A stretch of 64,000 bases of DNA from an uncultured Nitrososphaerales archaeon (GTDB taxonomy: Archaea > Thermoproteota > Nitrososphaeria > Nitrososphaerales > Nitrososphaeraceae). Positions 1 through 8,987 of this stretch are shown one piece after another (position 1 is the first letter of the stretch; every line of letters starts with the position of its first letter). Location of the stretch: the NCBI GenBank assembly GCA_963695855.1, contig CAVOHZ010000010.1:352001-416000 (forward strand), read 5' to 3'. The translations under genes and the position numbers were made by a program. Below the pieces are notes generated by a model. It saw only the letters and a list, made by a program, of their open reading frames with translations. It was not told the origin of the DNA and did not search any database.

Positions 1-36
1 AGGTTTTAATATTGAAATAAATTAAATGAATTTAAA

Positions 37-423
37 ATGATTCAAAGGAATTTCATGAAACAAATTTGTCTGCAAATGCTCGACACCAATAAGAAAGTAG
101 ATTTTGTTGGGATATTAGGAAAAAATGCTAAGCTAATTACTGGTAAAAGTAACAATATGGTTAAAGACTTGACCTTTGATTCCAAGATAATCCAAGAATT
201 ACCTTCGGTGCTTGAAATATTTGAACTAATCAAAAGTTGTGATTTTGAAAAGGTATGGCATGTCGGAGAATTAGCATATTCGACTATCGAGTCATGCAAA
301 TTAATATTAGTTATTTTGCCACTTTACAATGCTAGACAAGAATTCATTTGTTTTTTATTAACTAATGATCAAAATAAAGATAATGTTGAACCTATGATTG
401 AAGAAGTTCTATTTGGATTATAA
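37..423 (+). CDS. Hypothetical small protein, roadblock/profilin-like (DUF6659-like thaumarchaeal family)
   Basis: 128-aa ORF; pattern 'ICLQMLDTNKKVDFVGILGKNAKLITG...ILVILPL...FICFLL' resembles the protein at 18076-18465. Confidence 0.5.
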   Translation: MIQRNFMKQICLQMLDTNKKVDFVGILGKNAKLITGKSNNMVKDLTFDSKIIQELPSVLEIFELIKSCDFEKVWHVGELAYSTIESCKLILVILPLYNARQEFICFLLTNDQNKDNVEPMIEEVLFGL

Positions 424-513
424 CACAGTATTATTTATTATCGATTGATAGTTTTGAATAGAACAAAAAACAATTAAATAATTATTTTAAAAAAGATATA
501 AAATTTTTTTCGT

Positions 514-1491
514 CTACTTTGAACCTGTTATATAGTCTAATAAAGTGTCCAAATCTACTGTAGCTACACAACACACTTTGTCTGCACCTCCATAATACAG
601 AAATAAATTGTTATCCATAATTGCTGTTCCTGTTGGGAATACGACATTATTAACGTCACCAAATCGCTCATAAGGTTCAAATGGTTCTAAAATAGGCCTG
701 CTACATCTAAATATTACTTTTGATGGATCGTTTAAATCCAATATTACTGCACCTGCCCTATAGACACTTTCCTGACTTACCCCATGATATATCAGTAGCC
801 ATCCATGTTTTGTCTTTATAGGTGCCGGGCCTGCACCAATTTTTAGATTTTCCCAATCTTGTTCTGGTTTTATAATCATCTTATGTTCGTTCATATCCGT
901 CAAAGAAGATCCTTTATATAACCAAATACTTGGTTTATCAGTACCATATACCGCTCCAATAAAATGACTGGGTCTTCGTAAAGAGAGATATACACTTTCT
1001 TTTCTTTTAGAACTAGAATTTTTTACAGCAAATTTCTCTGGGAAAAAGACTATATCTTTATTGTTTTCGAGTGGATTGCTAATTATACCCATTTTTGAAA
1101 ATTCCATGAAATCTTTAGTAACAGCCAAAGCTGAAGAGACTATTGGTCTAAATTTTACGTAGTCAGATAATACAACATAAGTAATAAAAATATCATCGTC
1201 GATCATGCTTATCCTTGGATCTTCAATACCATATTTTTCGTAATCTTCAGTAATGTCAATTACAGGATTTTTCCTCCGTTCAAATGTATAACCGTCAACA
1301 CTTTGTGCGTATCCTATTCTCGAAATATAATAATCATATTCTCCTACAGCACGATACAACATATTTACATTCTTTCCGTCATATAGGGTAGAACAATTGA
1401 ATACTGCTTTAGATTCCCATAAGCTGTCAATTTTAGGAGACAGTATAGGGTTCTTTGAGTATCTTTGAAATAATCCATTATCTGTAGCCAA
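514..1491 (-). CDS. GH130-family glycosidase/glycoside phosphorylase (5-bladed beta-propeller)
   Basis: Motifs NPIL, WESKAVFN, GIEDPRI, NKDIVFFP, KIGAGPAPI, WLLIYHGV, GDVNNVVFPTG, LYYGGAD. Confidence 0.9.
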   Translation of the reverse strand: MATDNGLFQRYSKNPILSPKIDSLWESKAVFNCSTLYDGKNVNMLYRAVGEYDYYISRIGYAQSVDGYTFERRKNPVIDITEDYEKYGIEDPRISMIDDDIFITYVVLSDYVKFRPIVSSALAVTKDFMEFSKMGIISNPLENNKDIVFFPEKFAVKNSSSKRKESVYLSLRRPSHFIGAVYGTDKPSIWLYKGSSLTDMNEHKMIIKPEQDWENLKIGAGPAPIKTKHGWLLIYHGVSQESVYRAGAVILDLNDPSKVIFRCSRPILEPFEPYERFGDVNNVVFPTGTAIMDNNLFLYYGGADKVCCVATVDLDTLLDYITGSK

Positions 1492-1728
1492 TTGAATTTA
1501 GAAAGATTTGCTGTAAGAATGTTATTAACCTTGAGTTAAACTCTAACTGATATTTGTAACTTAAGAATTAACTATTATTTTGTAATTATTTTGGAAATGT
1601 TTTAATCGTAATAAAAATAAAAATACATCTTGCCTTATTGACTACACGAAAAATTGAATTTTATTACTTGATTTTCAATATGATAAATAAAAATTTAATA
1701 ATATTAAATCCTTGAATAATATTAATAA

Positions 1729-2313
1729 TTATTTTATTGGATTTTCACTATTTTTAGTTTTCACGCTCTTTCTCAGATCCTGAAGGATCTTTTCAATTTG
1801 TTTAACTTGAACTAGATAATTGCTTTTCATATAATCTAGACCAGACTTGTGTTTTTGGAAAGAGGGGGCAGCAACTGCATTCTCTGCTATTATAATATCA
1901 TATCCAGTGAGGAATGCGTCATACACGGAATGTTTAACACATATATCAGTATGAATTCCTGTAAAGATTATTGATTTCACACCTTTTCCTTCGTAAAGTG
2001 AATCAAGTACCTCTGGCAAATTAGTTTTATGAAATGCACTGTAACTATTTTTTAAAATTATATGGTCATTATCTTGTGGTTTTAATTCATTTATAACTTG
2101 CGATCCTTTTGTATCTCTCATTGCATGAGCTCCCCATATTCCTAATTCTCTGTCGGGGGGAATATGAGAATCATTGCAATACACTATAGGAATATTATGA
2201 TGTCTGGCAAAATCAAGCAATAATTTGATGTTAGGTATTATTGTTTGTACTTTGGAAAATTTTAATCTTCCATAAACAAAATCATTTAACATATCTAACA
2301 CCAAGATTACCAT
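1729..2313 (-). CDS. pncA: Nicotinamidase / isochorismatase-family cysteine hydrolase
   Basis: D-K-C triad (ILVLDMLNDF, ILKNSYSAF, GIHTDICV), metal ligands DSH...WGAH; adjacent to pncB; start set at ATG 2313. Confidence 0.8.
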   Translation of the reverse strand: MVILVLDMLNDFVYGRLKFSKVQTIIPNIKLLLDFARHHNIPIVYCNDSHIPPDRELGIWGAHAMRDTKGSQVINELKPQDNDHIILKNSYSAFHKTNLPEVLDSLYEGKGVKSIIFTGIHTDICVKHSVYDAFLTGYDIIIAENAVAAPSFQKHKSGLDYMKSNYLVQVKQIEKILQDLRKSVKTKNSENPIK

Positions 2314-2417
2314 TCTTTTCAAAACAAGATATATTACTGAACTTGATCTATTTATATGGTTTAATCTATTATTTAATATAGATACACAATACAAGAAACG
2401 TAATAAAAAAGAAGATG

Positions 2418-3782
2418 TTACTTGAAAGATTGAATTGAATTTTTTAATTCCTTACTTAGATATACTGGAAAGGTCTTGAATTCAGGATCAAGTCTTTTAA
2501 ATTTTCTAGGTAATATAGACATCTGATATTCGTAATATTTCTTAATTTCTAGAATTGTAGGAAGATTTGTCATTATATTACCATCTTTAATAATTTGTTT
2601 CAACAGAGGTAGGCCATAAGCAATTTTTTCATATTCAAGAGCTAAAATATCTTTATAAAATTTGTTGTTTTTAATAATTCTAAAAACTTGTTTGGATCCT
2701 GGAAGAGATATCTTGTCTAACGATTTTTTCATCTTATATATTATTTCATATTTTTGTTTATCCTGATCCGAGTATTTTTTGATAGCAACTAATTTATAAA
2801 CACCGTTCAAGGCAGGATCGTCTCTAGATGTCACCAATTCAGTACCCACACCAAAGGAATCAATAGGAATTTTTTTCTTCACCAATTTTTTGATTGTATA
2901 TTCATTAAGATCTCCACTCACCATTATTTTTGTATCTTTGTAACCAGATTTGTCTAGAATTTTCCTAATCTTCCTACACAAATAAAATAAATCTCCACTG
3001 TCAATTCGTACACCACCACACTTTACTCGATCCTTGATAATTTTTTTTATTGCGTTTATCGTATCATAAGTATCTATTAATAAAAAACTATCCGGAAAGA
3101 CAGTCACAAACCTTTTGAATGCTTCTATTTCTTCCTCAAAACTCATTATATATGAATGTGCCATGGTCCCGGCTGCTGGAATTCCATACCGAAATGAAGC
3201 AAGAGTATTTGAGGTGCTTTTACAACCTGCGATATAACTAGCTCGACTTGCAAATAATGCTGCATAAGGACTATGTGCTCTTCTAGAACCGAATTCTATT
3301 ACAGTTTTGTCCCCAGCTGAACTTACTATTCGTGATGCTTTTGAAGCAATTAATGTTTGAAAATTCACCATAGAAAGAACATATGTTTCAAATAATTGAG
3401 CCTGAATAATGGGAGCCTCGATTCTTAAAAATGGCTCATTTGTAAAGAGAATTGTACCTTCAGGTACCGCCCATAAGTCTCCAGTAAATTTAAGATTTGC
3501 TAAATAGTCCAAGAAGTTCTTATCGTTTTTAAATAAATTATGAGTTTTAAGAAAATCAATCTGTTTCTGAGTAAATTTGAAATTCATGAGGAAAGATACT
3601 ATTTGTTCCAATCCGCATACTACCAAATAATTTCTATTATTTGGAAGTTTTCTAACATACATCTCAAATTGCCCAATAGTATCTTTCATACCTGAATTGA
3701 AATATGCTGATGCCATAGTTAATTCATAAAAATCCGTTGCTAAAGCCATATTATTTCCGTCATCGCATGATGAAATGGTCAC
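2418..3782 (-). CDS. pncB: Nicotinate phosphoribosyltransferase
   Basis: LATDFYELTM, EFGSRRAH, GTMAHSYI, LIDTYD, VRIDSGD, SFGVGT, GVYKL motifs. Confidence 0.95.
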   Translation of the reverse strand: MTISSCDDGNNMALATDFYELTMASAYFNSGMKDTIGQFEMYVRKLPNNRNYLVVCGLEQIVSFLMNFKFTQKQIDFLKTHNLFKNDKNFLDYLANLKFTGDLWAVPEGTILFTNEPFLRIEAPIIQAQLFETYVLSMVNFQTLIASKASRIVSSAGDKTVIEFGSRRAHSPYAALFASRASYIAGCKSTSNTLASFRYGIPAAGTMAHSYIMSFEEEIEAFKRFVTVFPDSFLLIDTYDTINAIKKIIKDRVKCGGVRIDSGDLFYLCRKIRKILDKSGYKDTKIMVSGDLNEYTIKKLVKKKIPIDSFGVGTELVTSRDDPALNGVYKLVAIKKYSDQDKQKYEIIYKMKKSLDKISLPGSKQVFRIIKNNKFYKDILALEYEKIAYGLPLLKQIIKDGNIMTNLPTILEIKKYYEYQMSILPRKFKRLDPEFKTFPVYLSKELKNSIQSFK

Positions 3783-3907
3783 GGGATATCAATAATAGAA
3801 ATCCACTAATAAACATAAAATTCTGATAAAAAACTAAAGCATATTATAAAAAGAATTCGAAATATATTTGAAAAATTTATTAAATTCAAAATAAAGTTAG
3901 ATCTTTT

Positions 3908-4996
3908 TCAGACATGAAGAATTTTGTCTAATGCTTTAACTATATCCGTTTTAGTAACTATTCCGACCAGCTTATTGTTGGAATTAACAACCGGTAGTCC
4001 ACTTATTCCATTTCTTGTCATTATTTTTGCTGCCTCCGCGAGATCGGTTTTGTCTGATACTGTTATAGGTTCTTTCATCATAACATCTTTTGCTACCAGC
4101 ATCGAAGTGACTCTTGTGGGAATATATCGCTGTTCAAGATATTTTGAAGATACTTTTTTAGAAAGTATTGAAGGTGATTTGTCACGTCGGAACAGAAAAC
4201 TGATCGGTAATAGATCTCGAATAGTCACTATGCCAAGCGGTCTATTATTTTCTACTACAATAAGCCTAGATATTTTATGGATATTCATCAATAAAAGTAT
4301 TATATGAATATTTTCATATGGATCGACAGTGTGAACTTTTTTTGTCATCCAATCTTTCGAAATATATTTATTCATAAAATGATATGCATACAACTCTACC
4401 AAATCGCTCTTGGTAATTATTCCCTGTTGGATTCCTTCGTCATCAAGCAGTACCAATGAGCTTATATTATTTTTTAACATTAAAGTCGTACAATTTTTTA
4501 TTTCTGAATTTTGATTAATGGTAACTAGATTTTTTTTCATTACTTCCTTTACCATAATTTCATGAAGTTTTTTTTTGGTAAAGGAGTCATATAGATACTG
4601 GGAAATGTCTTTTTCAGTAATAATACCAATTGGTCTCTGATCTTCAGACACAACTATTCTGCTAATGTTATATCTGATCATAAAATTTCTTGCATCCAAA
4701 AGAGTATTATTTGGTTTCAACGAAATTATTTCTCTGCTAACATCGTAAGCATCTAGTAGAAAATTGTCGTAATGCGTCGATTTTTTCTTCAAGTAAAGAT
4801 TCCCCTTAGCTGTAGCGATATACTCCCCGCTTGGTCCGAAATATTGTAATAATCCTCTATTTACCAATTCTGCAGTGTATCTTCTAACTTGTTGATGAGA
4901 AAAAGCTAATTCTTGTTGAATTTTTTTCTTTGTTAAAGGTTCAGTAGCTAATCCTAAGATCTTAATAAAAATTCTTTCTTGTCCACCTAAATTTAT
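3908..4996 (-). CDS. Winged helix-turn-helix + 4x CBS domain protein
   Basis: Track ORF 3908-4867 holds two CBS pairs (GIITEKD, GIITKSD, GIVTIRD, GIVTKTD). The frame stays open upstream to the TGA at 5018-5020 and encodes a complete wHTH. Start uncertain (ATA at 4996 used). Confidence 0.8.
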   Translation of the reverse strand: MNLGGQERIFIKILGLATEPLTKKKIQQELAFSHQQVRRYTAELVNRGLLQYFGPSGEYIATAKGNLYLKKKSTHYDNFLLDAYDVSREIISLKPNNTLLDARNFMIRYNISRIVVSEDQRPIGIITEKDISQYLYDSFTKKKLHEIMVKEVMKKNLVTINQNSEIKNCTTLMLKNNISSLVLLDDEGIQQGIITKSDLVELYAYHFMNKYISKDWMTKKVHTVDPYENIHIILLLMNIHKISRLIVVENNRPLGIVTIRDLLPISFLFRRDKSPSILSKKVSSKYLEQRYIPTRVTSMLVAKDVMMKEPITVSDKTDLAEAAKIMTRNGISGLPVVNSNNKLVGIVTKTDIVKALDKILHV

Positions 4997-5066
4997 CGGT
5001 ATCTTGATTATTTCATATCACTGCATATTGTTAGAAAATTTATTATAAAAACAATATGTCTCAATG

Positions 5067-5081
5067 AATTGCAGTGCAATT
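5067..5081. promoter_or_regulatory. Palindromic operator AATTGCA-G-TGCAATT upstream of the TATA box of the wHTH-CBS gene
   Basis: 15-bp palindrome with perfect 7-bp arms; minus-strand TATA TTTTATAATA at 5041-5050; related motifs at 5720, 7635, 8482. Confidence 0.6.
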
Positions 5082-5159
5082 ATAAAATATTCATTAAAGA
5101 TTCTTTACATATTACCTGAGAAAAATTAAAGATCGGTAAAAAAAATAATGGTAAAAAAT

Positions 5160-5678
5160 TTATTTTACATCTATTTTGACCGATTCTGTTTGTTCTGGCT
5201 TGGTGGGTACCTTTTTTGGAATAGAAATGTGTAAGACGCCATTTTTCATTTCAGCTTCGATATTTTTAGGTATTACTTCTTCAGGAAGGGGAAGTTCTCT
5301 TTGAAATGATTTATACGATCTTTCGTTATAGAGATAATTCTTTCTTTTCTCTTCAGTTTTTTCAGTTTGCTCTCCAGATACTCGGATCGAATTTTTTGTC
5401 GCATTGATTTGGATTTTTTCCTTGGCCATACCTGGGGTTTCCAGTGACAGTTCATATTTATCTCCTTTGTCTATAAGATCGCATAAAGGCATTCTCACTT
5501 CCAGTTCTTCATATTTAGGAAATCCAATTGTTGGAAATCTCCAATCCCAAAGTGAGGGAAATCGTGGTGAAAATGCACTCTCAATGTCCCTTCTAAAATT
5601 TTCAAAGATATCATCCATTTGAGCGGGGTAACGATCATCTTTTATTTTCTTTTTCTCTATTGAATTTGGTTTATCCAT
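5160..5678 (-). CDS. Small heat-shock protein Hsp20/alpha-crystallin
   Basis: PLCDLID...LETPGM, ERSYKSFQRELPLPEEV, AEMKNGVLHISIPK, C-terminal VKIDVK (IxI/V) motif. Confidence 0.95.
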   Translation of the reverse strand: MDKPNSIEKKKIKDDRYPAQMDDIFENFRRDIESAFSPRFPSLWDWRFPTIGFPKYEELEVRMPLCDLIDKGDKYELSLETPGMAKEKIQINATKNSIRVSGEQTEKTEEKRKNYLYNERSYKSFQRELPLPEEVIPKNIEAEMKNGVLHISIPKKVPTKPEQTESVKIDVK

Positions 5679-5719
5679 ATTTGAAAGGAACAGTCAATTT
5701 ATTTATTTACTAAGCATTC

Positions 5720-5737
5720 AGTGTATTGCAATGCACT
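5720..5737. promoter_or_regulatory. TGCA-repeat element AGTGTATTGCAATGCACT upstream of hsp20
   Basis: Near-palindrome containing TTGCA-A-TGCA, just upstream of the minus-strand TATA (~5700-5710). Confidence 0.55.
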
Positions 5738-6014
5738 AGAACATAGCCAAAATTATAACACTACAGAAATAGGCTTTTCATTAAAATTAATAACACAATA
5801 CACTTTATTTGATAAATGCAATTTTATTCTTAACCTTTAGATCGTATGTATAAGCAAATGATTTTATTGAATTATATTAGATATTTAAGCCAGAACTTAT
5901 TTGATGTTTTACCTTCTTGAACTTAAAAAAACATGATCATCGGACTTCGTTCTATTTTACCTATACATTACTTTTTTTTATGATGTTTTTTATTTCCAGT
6001 CAACTACTTCAAAA

Positions 6015-7064
6015 TCATAATGTTTTCATAACAATATCCCAAGGAGTAACTATTTTATTTCTGTTTTCCAAAATTAAATATGGATTCCTAGGATCCAACA
6101 AAAGTTCTGCAGCTTGTCTTACAGTAGTATCGTCTTTGACCTCAGAGATATTAGAGATAGTGAGATTTTGTTTAATTTTTTTTTGTGAAATGATATCGTA
6201 ATTAATTTTTTTTCTAATTTCTAGTGTGTCTATGGAATCACGTTTATTTTCCACGACCATTCTTGTAGCAGGAGATAATAGAAATTCAAGGATATTCCTA
6301 TCATTTATAATACCGATAACTTTCGATCTTTTGTCCATTACCCCTAAGTTACGAATATTTTTCCTAAACATAACAGATAGAACATTTTGCAGGCCATCAT
6401 CCTGACTCACTGATATCAAGTCCGAAGCAACGTCTTTTGCTGGCAAACTTTTTATTTTCTCAATATCGATATCAACAATGCTATTACTAGCATCTTTGGT
6501 ATTTGCATATTTTTTTATTCCTGTAAATAATTTTAAAAAATCCCTAACAGTAATCGACGCCACTGCTTTGTGATATTTTGTATTATTATTATCGATTGTT
6601 TCTACTATGGGAATAAATGCAAATCTTGTTTTTTTAAAGGCGTCTAAAACATTCCTAATGGTTGAATCAAGCTCTATAATTAGATTTTCAGTTATTTTTT
6701 CCATTATGTCAGATGCCTTTCTAACATAGAGGGACTGAGGATAATAGGATACAGGTTTGTATGAATTGGGATTGATAATACATTGAATGATATGTTTACT
6801 ACCTATCCTACCTAAAACATTTTGAATGATAATTTGTTGTTCTTCTCTTCCTGCTATTCCTTTTTGTTCTACTTTTTTTTGTTTTGTAATTTCATTTTCT
6901 AAAACTACTACCAATCCATCTATATAGATTTGAGGACCTATTGCAAGAAAGGTAGCAAGTTGAATTAAATTTGAGTTTAGGTAAGTAAACGAAAATGGAC
7001 GTTTGGTTAGATGAGGAAATGTCTCGGTAATGGGATCATCTAAACTAAAATGGGAGATAGTCAT
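6015..7064 (-). CDS. Divergent multi-CBS domain protein
   Basis: CBS signatures ASITVRD, VIGIINDRNIL, IVTPWDI; likely start ATG 7064, overlapping the end of the upstream CBS gene. Confidence 0.75.
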   Translation of the reverse strand: MTISHFSLDDPITETFPHLTKRPFSFTYLNSNLIQLATFLAIGPQIYIDGLVVVLENEITKQKKVEQKGIAGREEQQIIIQNVLGRIGSKHIIQCIINPNSYKPVSYYPQSLYVRKASDIMEKITENLIIELDSTIRNVLDAFKKTRFAFIPIVETIDNNNTKYHKAVASITVRDFLKLFTGIKKYANTKDASNSIVDIDIEKIKSLPAKDVASDLISVSQDDGLQNVLSVMFRKNIRNLGVMDKRSKVIGIINDRNILEFLLSPATRMVVENKRDSIDTLEIRKKINYDIISQKKIKQNLTISNISEVKDDTTVRQAAELLLDPRNPYLILENRNKIVTPWDIVMKTL

Positions 7065-7590
7065 GTGACCAAATTTCATTTAGCTTGTTGATAAATGATT
7101 CATCGTAAAGAGGGATTTGATTGTCAATTATTTGGGGCAATTGATTGATTGTCTGAACGAGATATCTAACAATATCAGTAAAGGAAATTATTCCTATTAT
7201 ATGATCATTTGAATCTAAAATCGGAAGTCTTTTAATATTTTTCAAATTCATATACTCTAACGCATCTTTTATAGAGTGAGTGGAGTTAATTGTTATTAAC
7301 GGTTTACTCATTATTTCACCTGCTAGGCTCAATTTCAAAATTGAACCAGAACCTAAAAATCTGACGATATCCCTTTCAGTAATTATTCCGGCAGTATACA
7401 ATAGATTATCCTCCTTTCTCTCAAAAGAAATATTTTCATTTTCATTGAATAAATCCTCTTCTACAATTATTATACTTCCTATTTTTTTTTCATACATTTT
7501 TTGGCAGATATTTAGAATATTGTGATCATCAGATGCTATTTCAACATTTTTTGCCATAATTGCAGTGACAGAAGTTTGATCCATACTCAT
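7045..7590 (-). CDS. CBS-pair-only protein
   Basis: KIGSIII, GIITERDIV, IMSKPLITI, IKRLPI, GIISFTDIV. Confidence 0.9.
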   Translation of the reverse strand: MSMDQTSVTAIMAKNVEIASDDHNILNICQKMYEKKIGSIIIVEEDLFNENENISFERKEDNLLYTAGIITERDIVRFLGSGSILKLSLAGEIMSKPLITINSTHSIKDALEYMNLKNIKRLPILDSNDHIIGIISFTDIVRYLVQTINQLPQIIDNQIPLYDESFINKLNEIWSHDYLPF

Positions 7591-7634
7591 AATAAAACTA
7601 TCAATAATTGAATATATAAGGTTAGTATGGTTTC

Positions 7635-7652
7635 ATTGCATTCAACTGCAAT
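7635..7652. promoter_or_regulatory. TGCA-repeat element ATTGCA-TTCAAC-TGCAAT upstream of the CBS operon
   Basis: Inverted repeat inside a 5-bp periodic array (TTTCA TTGCA TTCAA CTGCA), upstream of minus-strand TATA TTATATAT (~7612-7619). Confidence 0.5.
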
Positions 7653-7861
7653 ATATTAAATTAGTTGTTTGATATTTCTTGTGTTAAGGATAATAGTAAC
7701 ACCTATAAAAAAATTTTGACCTTTAAATGTTATCTTTTTCTATTATCTCATAATTTCAAATCAGTTTCATGCATTAACCACAAATATAGAAAAAGATATA
7801 CGATAAATCTGTTTAATAAGTACACTAACTTTTTAAATTGCCAACTAATATCTTTTCATAT

Positions 7862-8467
7862 ATGTCAGATTCTTACTCTTCTCAGTATTTACAAAAATCA
7901 AAGAAAAAAAAAACCAGATGCATAACATTTAGGCTTGAGGCAGGAATAGTTGAAGACTTAACAAAGGAATCTGAACAAAAAGAAATCTCATTAAATGTTT
8001 TGGTTAATCAAATCTTGAGAAGATATTCTGAATGGGATAGATATGAAAATAAACTAGGGATCATTCCTGTACCAAGAGCGATCATGACAGCATTAATAGA
8101 AAAGAGCTTACAAATAGGTAAAGAAGCTGGAATAAAGGACCTAGAGACACACAGAAACCTACTAATTAAAGAGGCTGCGTCAGTTGCTTTTGAATCGCTA
8201 AGAGAATCAGTATTATTTATGAAAAATCAATTCAATTTATTTAGTGTTTTATCCATTTTGGAAGAATACATGAAAGTATGTGGAATGAATTCAGAACATA
8301 AATTTGATTCAGGAAGACGTCATATCTTTTCACTTCAACATGATATGGGTGAAAATTGGTCATTGTTTTCAAAAGAACTACTGGAGAAGATTTTTTTTGA
8401 ATTAGCCCAGTCTAAAGTTAAAATTACTTACACTCATAGTACTTTAGTAGCAGAGGTTTTATTGTAA
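7862..8467 (+). CDS. Ribbon-helix-helix DNA-binding protein with C-terminal alpha/beta (possible ligand-binding) domain
   Basis: N-terminal TRCITFRL...LTKESEQKEISLNVLVNQILRRY is a typical Arc/CopG RHH; start set at ATG 7862. Confidence 0.7.
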   Translation: MSDSYSSQYLQKSKKKKTRCITFRLEAGIVEDLTKESEQKEISLNVLVNQILRRYSEWDRYENKLGIIPVPRAIMTALIEKSLQIGKEAGIKDLETHRNLLIKEAASVAFESLRESVLFMKNQFNLFSVLSILEEYMKVCGMNSEHKFDSGRRHIFSLQHDMGENWSLFSKELLEKIFFELAQSKVKITYTHSTLVAEVLL

Positions 8468-8481
8468 ATTATAAAAAAATC

Positions 8482-8492
8482 TTGCATTGCAA
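8482..8492. promoter_or_regulatory. Palindromic operator TTGCA-T-TGCAA upstream of the SnoaL gene
   Basis: 11-bp palindrome ~10 bp upstream of TATA TTAAATA (8502-8508); ATG at 8538. Confidence 0.6.
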
Positions 8493-8537
8493 TCCTATTA
8501 GTTAAATAGTTTTAATACGAGCTTATTTCATTTCAAG

Positions 8538-8903
8538 ATGAGACAAGACAATATCGATATTGTTAAAAATTTTTTTTCTTTAATAGAACAAAGAGATATT
8601 GATGGTTTAGTCGATTTGTTTGATGAAGATTGCGTAGTTTATGAACCATTCAGTAAAGAAAATGGTTTACAAAAAAATAATTTGAAGCCATTTTTCCAAG
8701 TTTTTGTTAATACTAACAACGGTATAACAAGAGAAGTTAGTTTTCTGGATAAAGGTAACCAACTTAATGAAATTGAGACTTTGGTTACTTTTAACAAAGA
8801 TGGGATGCTACGCGCCAAGTTTATTTTTAATATAAAACATTATTCCGATGATTTTGGAATAGAATTGAATAAAATTGAGACTCTACATATAGACTTCATT
8901 TGA
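8538..8903 (+). CDS. SnoaL-like / NTF2-family protein
   Basis: NIDIVKNFFSLIEQRDIDGLVDLFDEDCVVYEP is the typical SnoaL N-terminus. Confidence 0.8.
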   Translation: MRQDNIDIVKNFFSLIEQRDIDGLVDLFDEDCVVYEPFSKENGLQKNNLKPFFQVFVNTNNGITREVSFLDKGNQLNEIETLVTFNKDGMLRAKFIFNIKHYSDDFGIELNKIETLHIDFI

Positions 8904-8987
8904 TGTATACAAAAATTAAACCAAAATGCACTATTAAGAAATAAGTAACCCAGAACGAGAAAAAAATAAGAAAACAAACGAAAAAAA

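Noticed and set aside
1533-1543. GAGTT-A-AACTC palindrome upstream of GH130
   Set aside because: Single short instance with no recurrence to support a regulatory call
5018-5026. ATG-CAG-TGA read-through (selenocysteine) for the wHTH-CBS gene
   Set aside because: No SECIS-like structure or catalytic context; the ATG is too close to the TATA box; a non-canonical start is simpler
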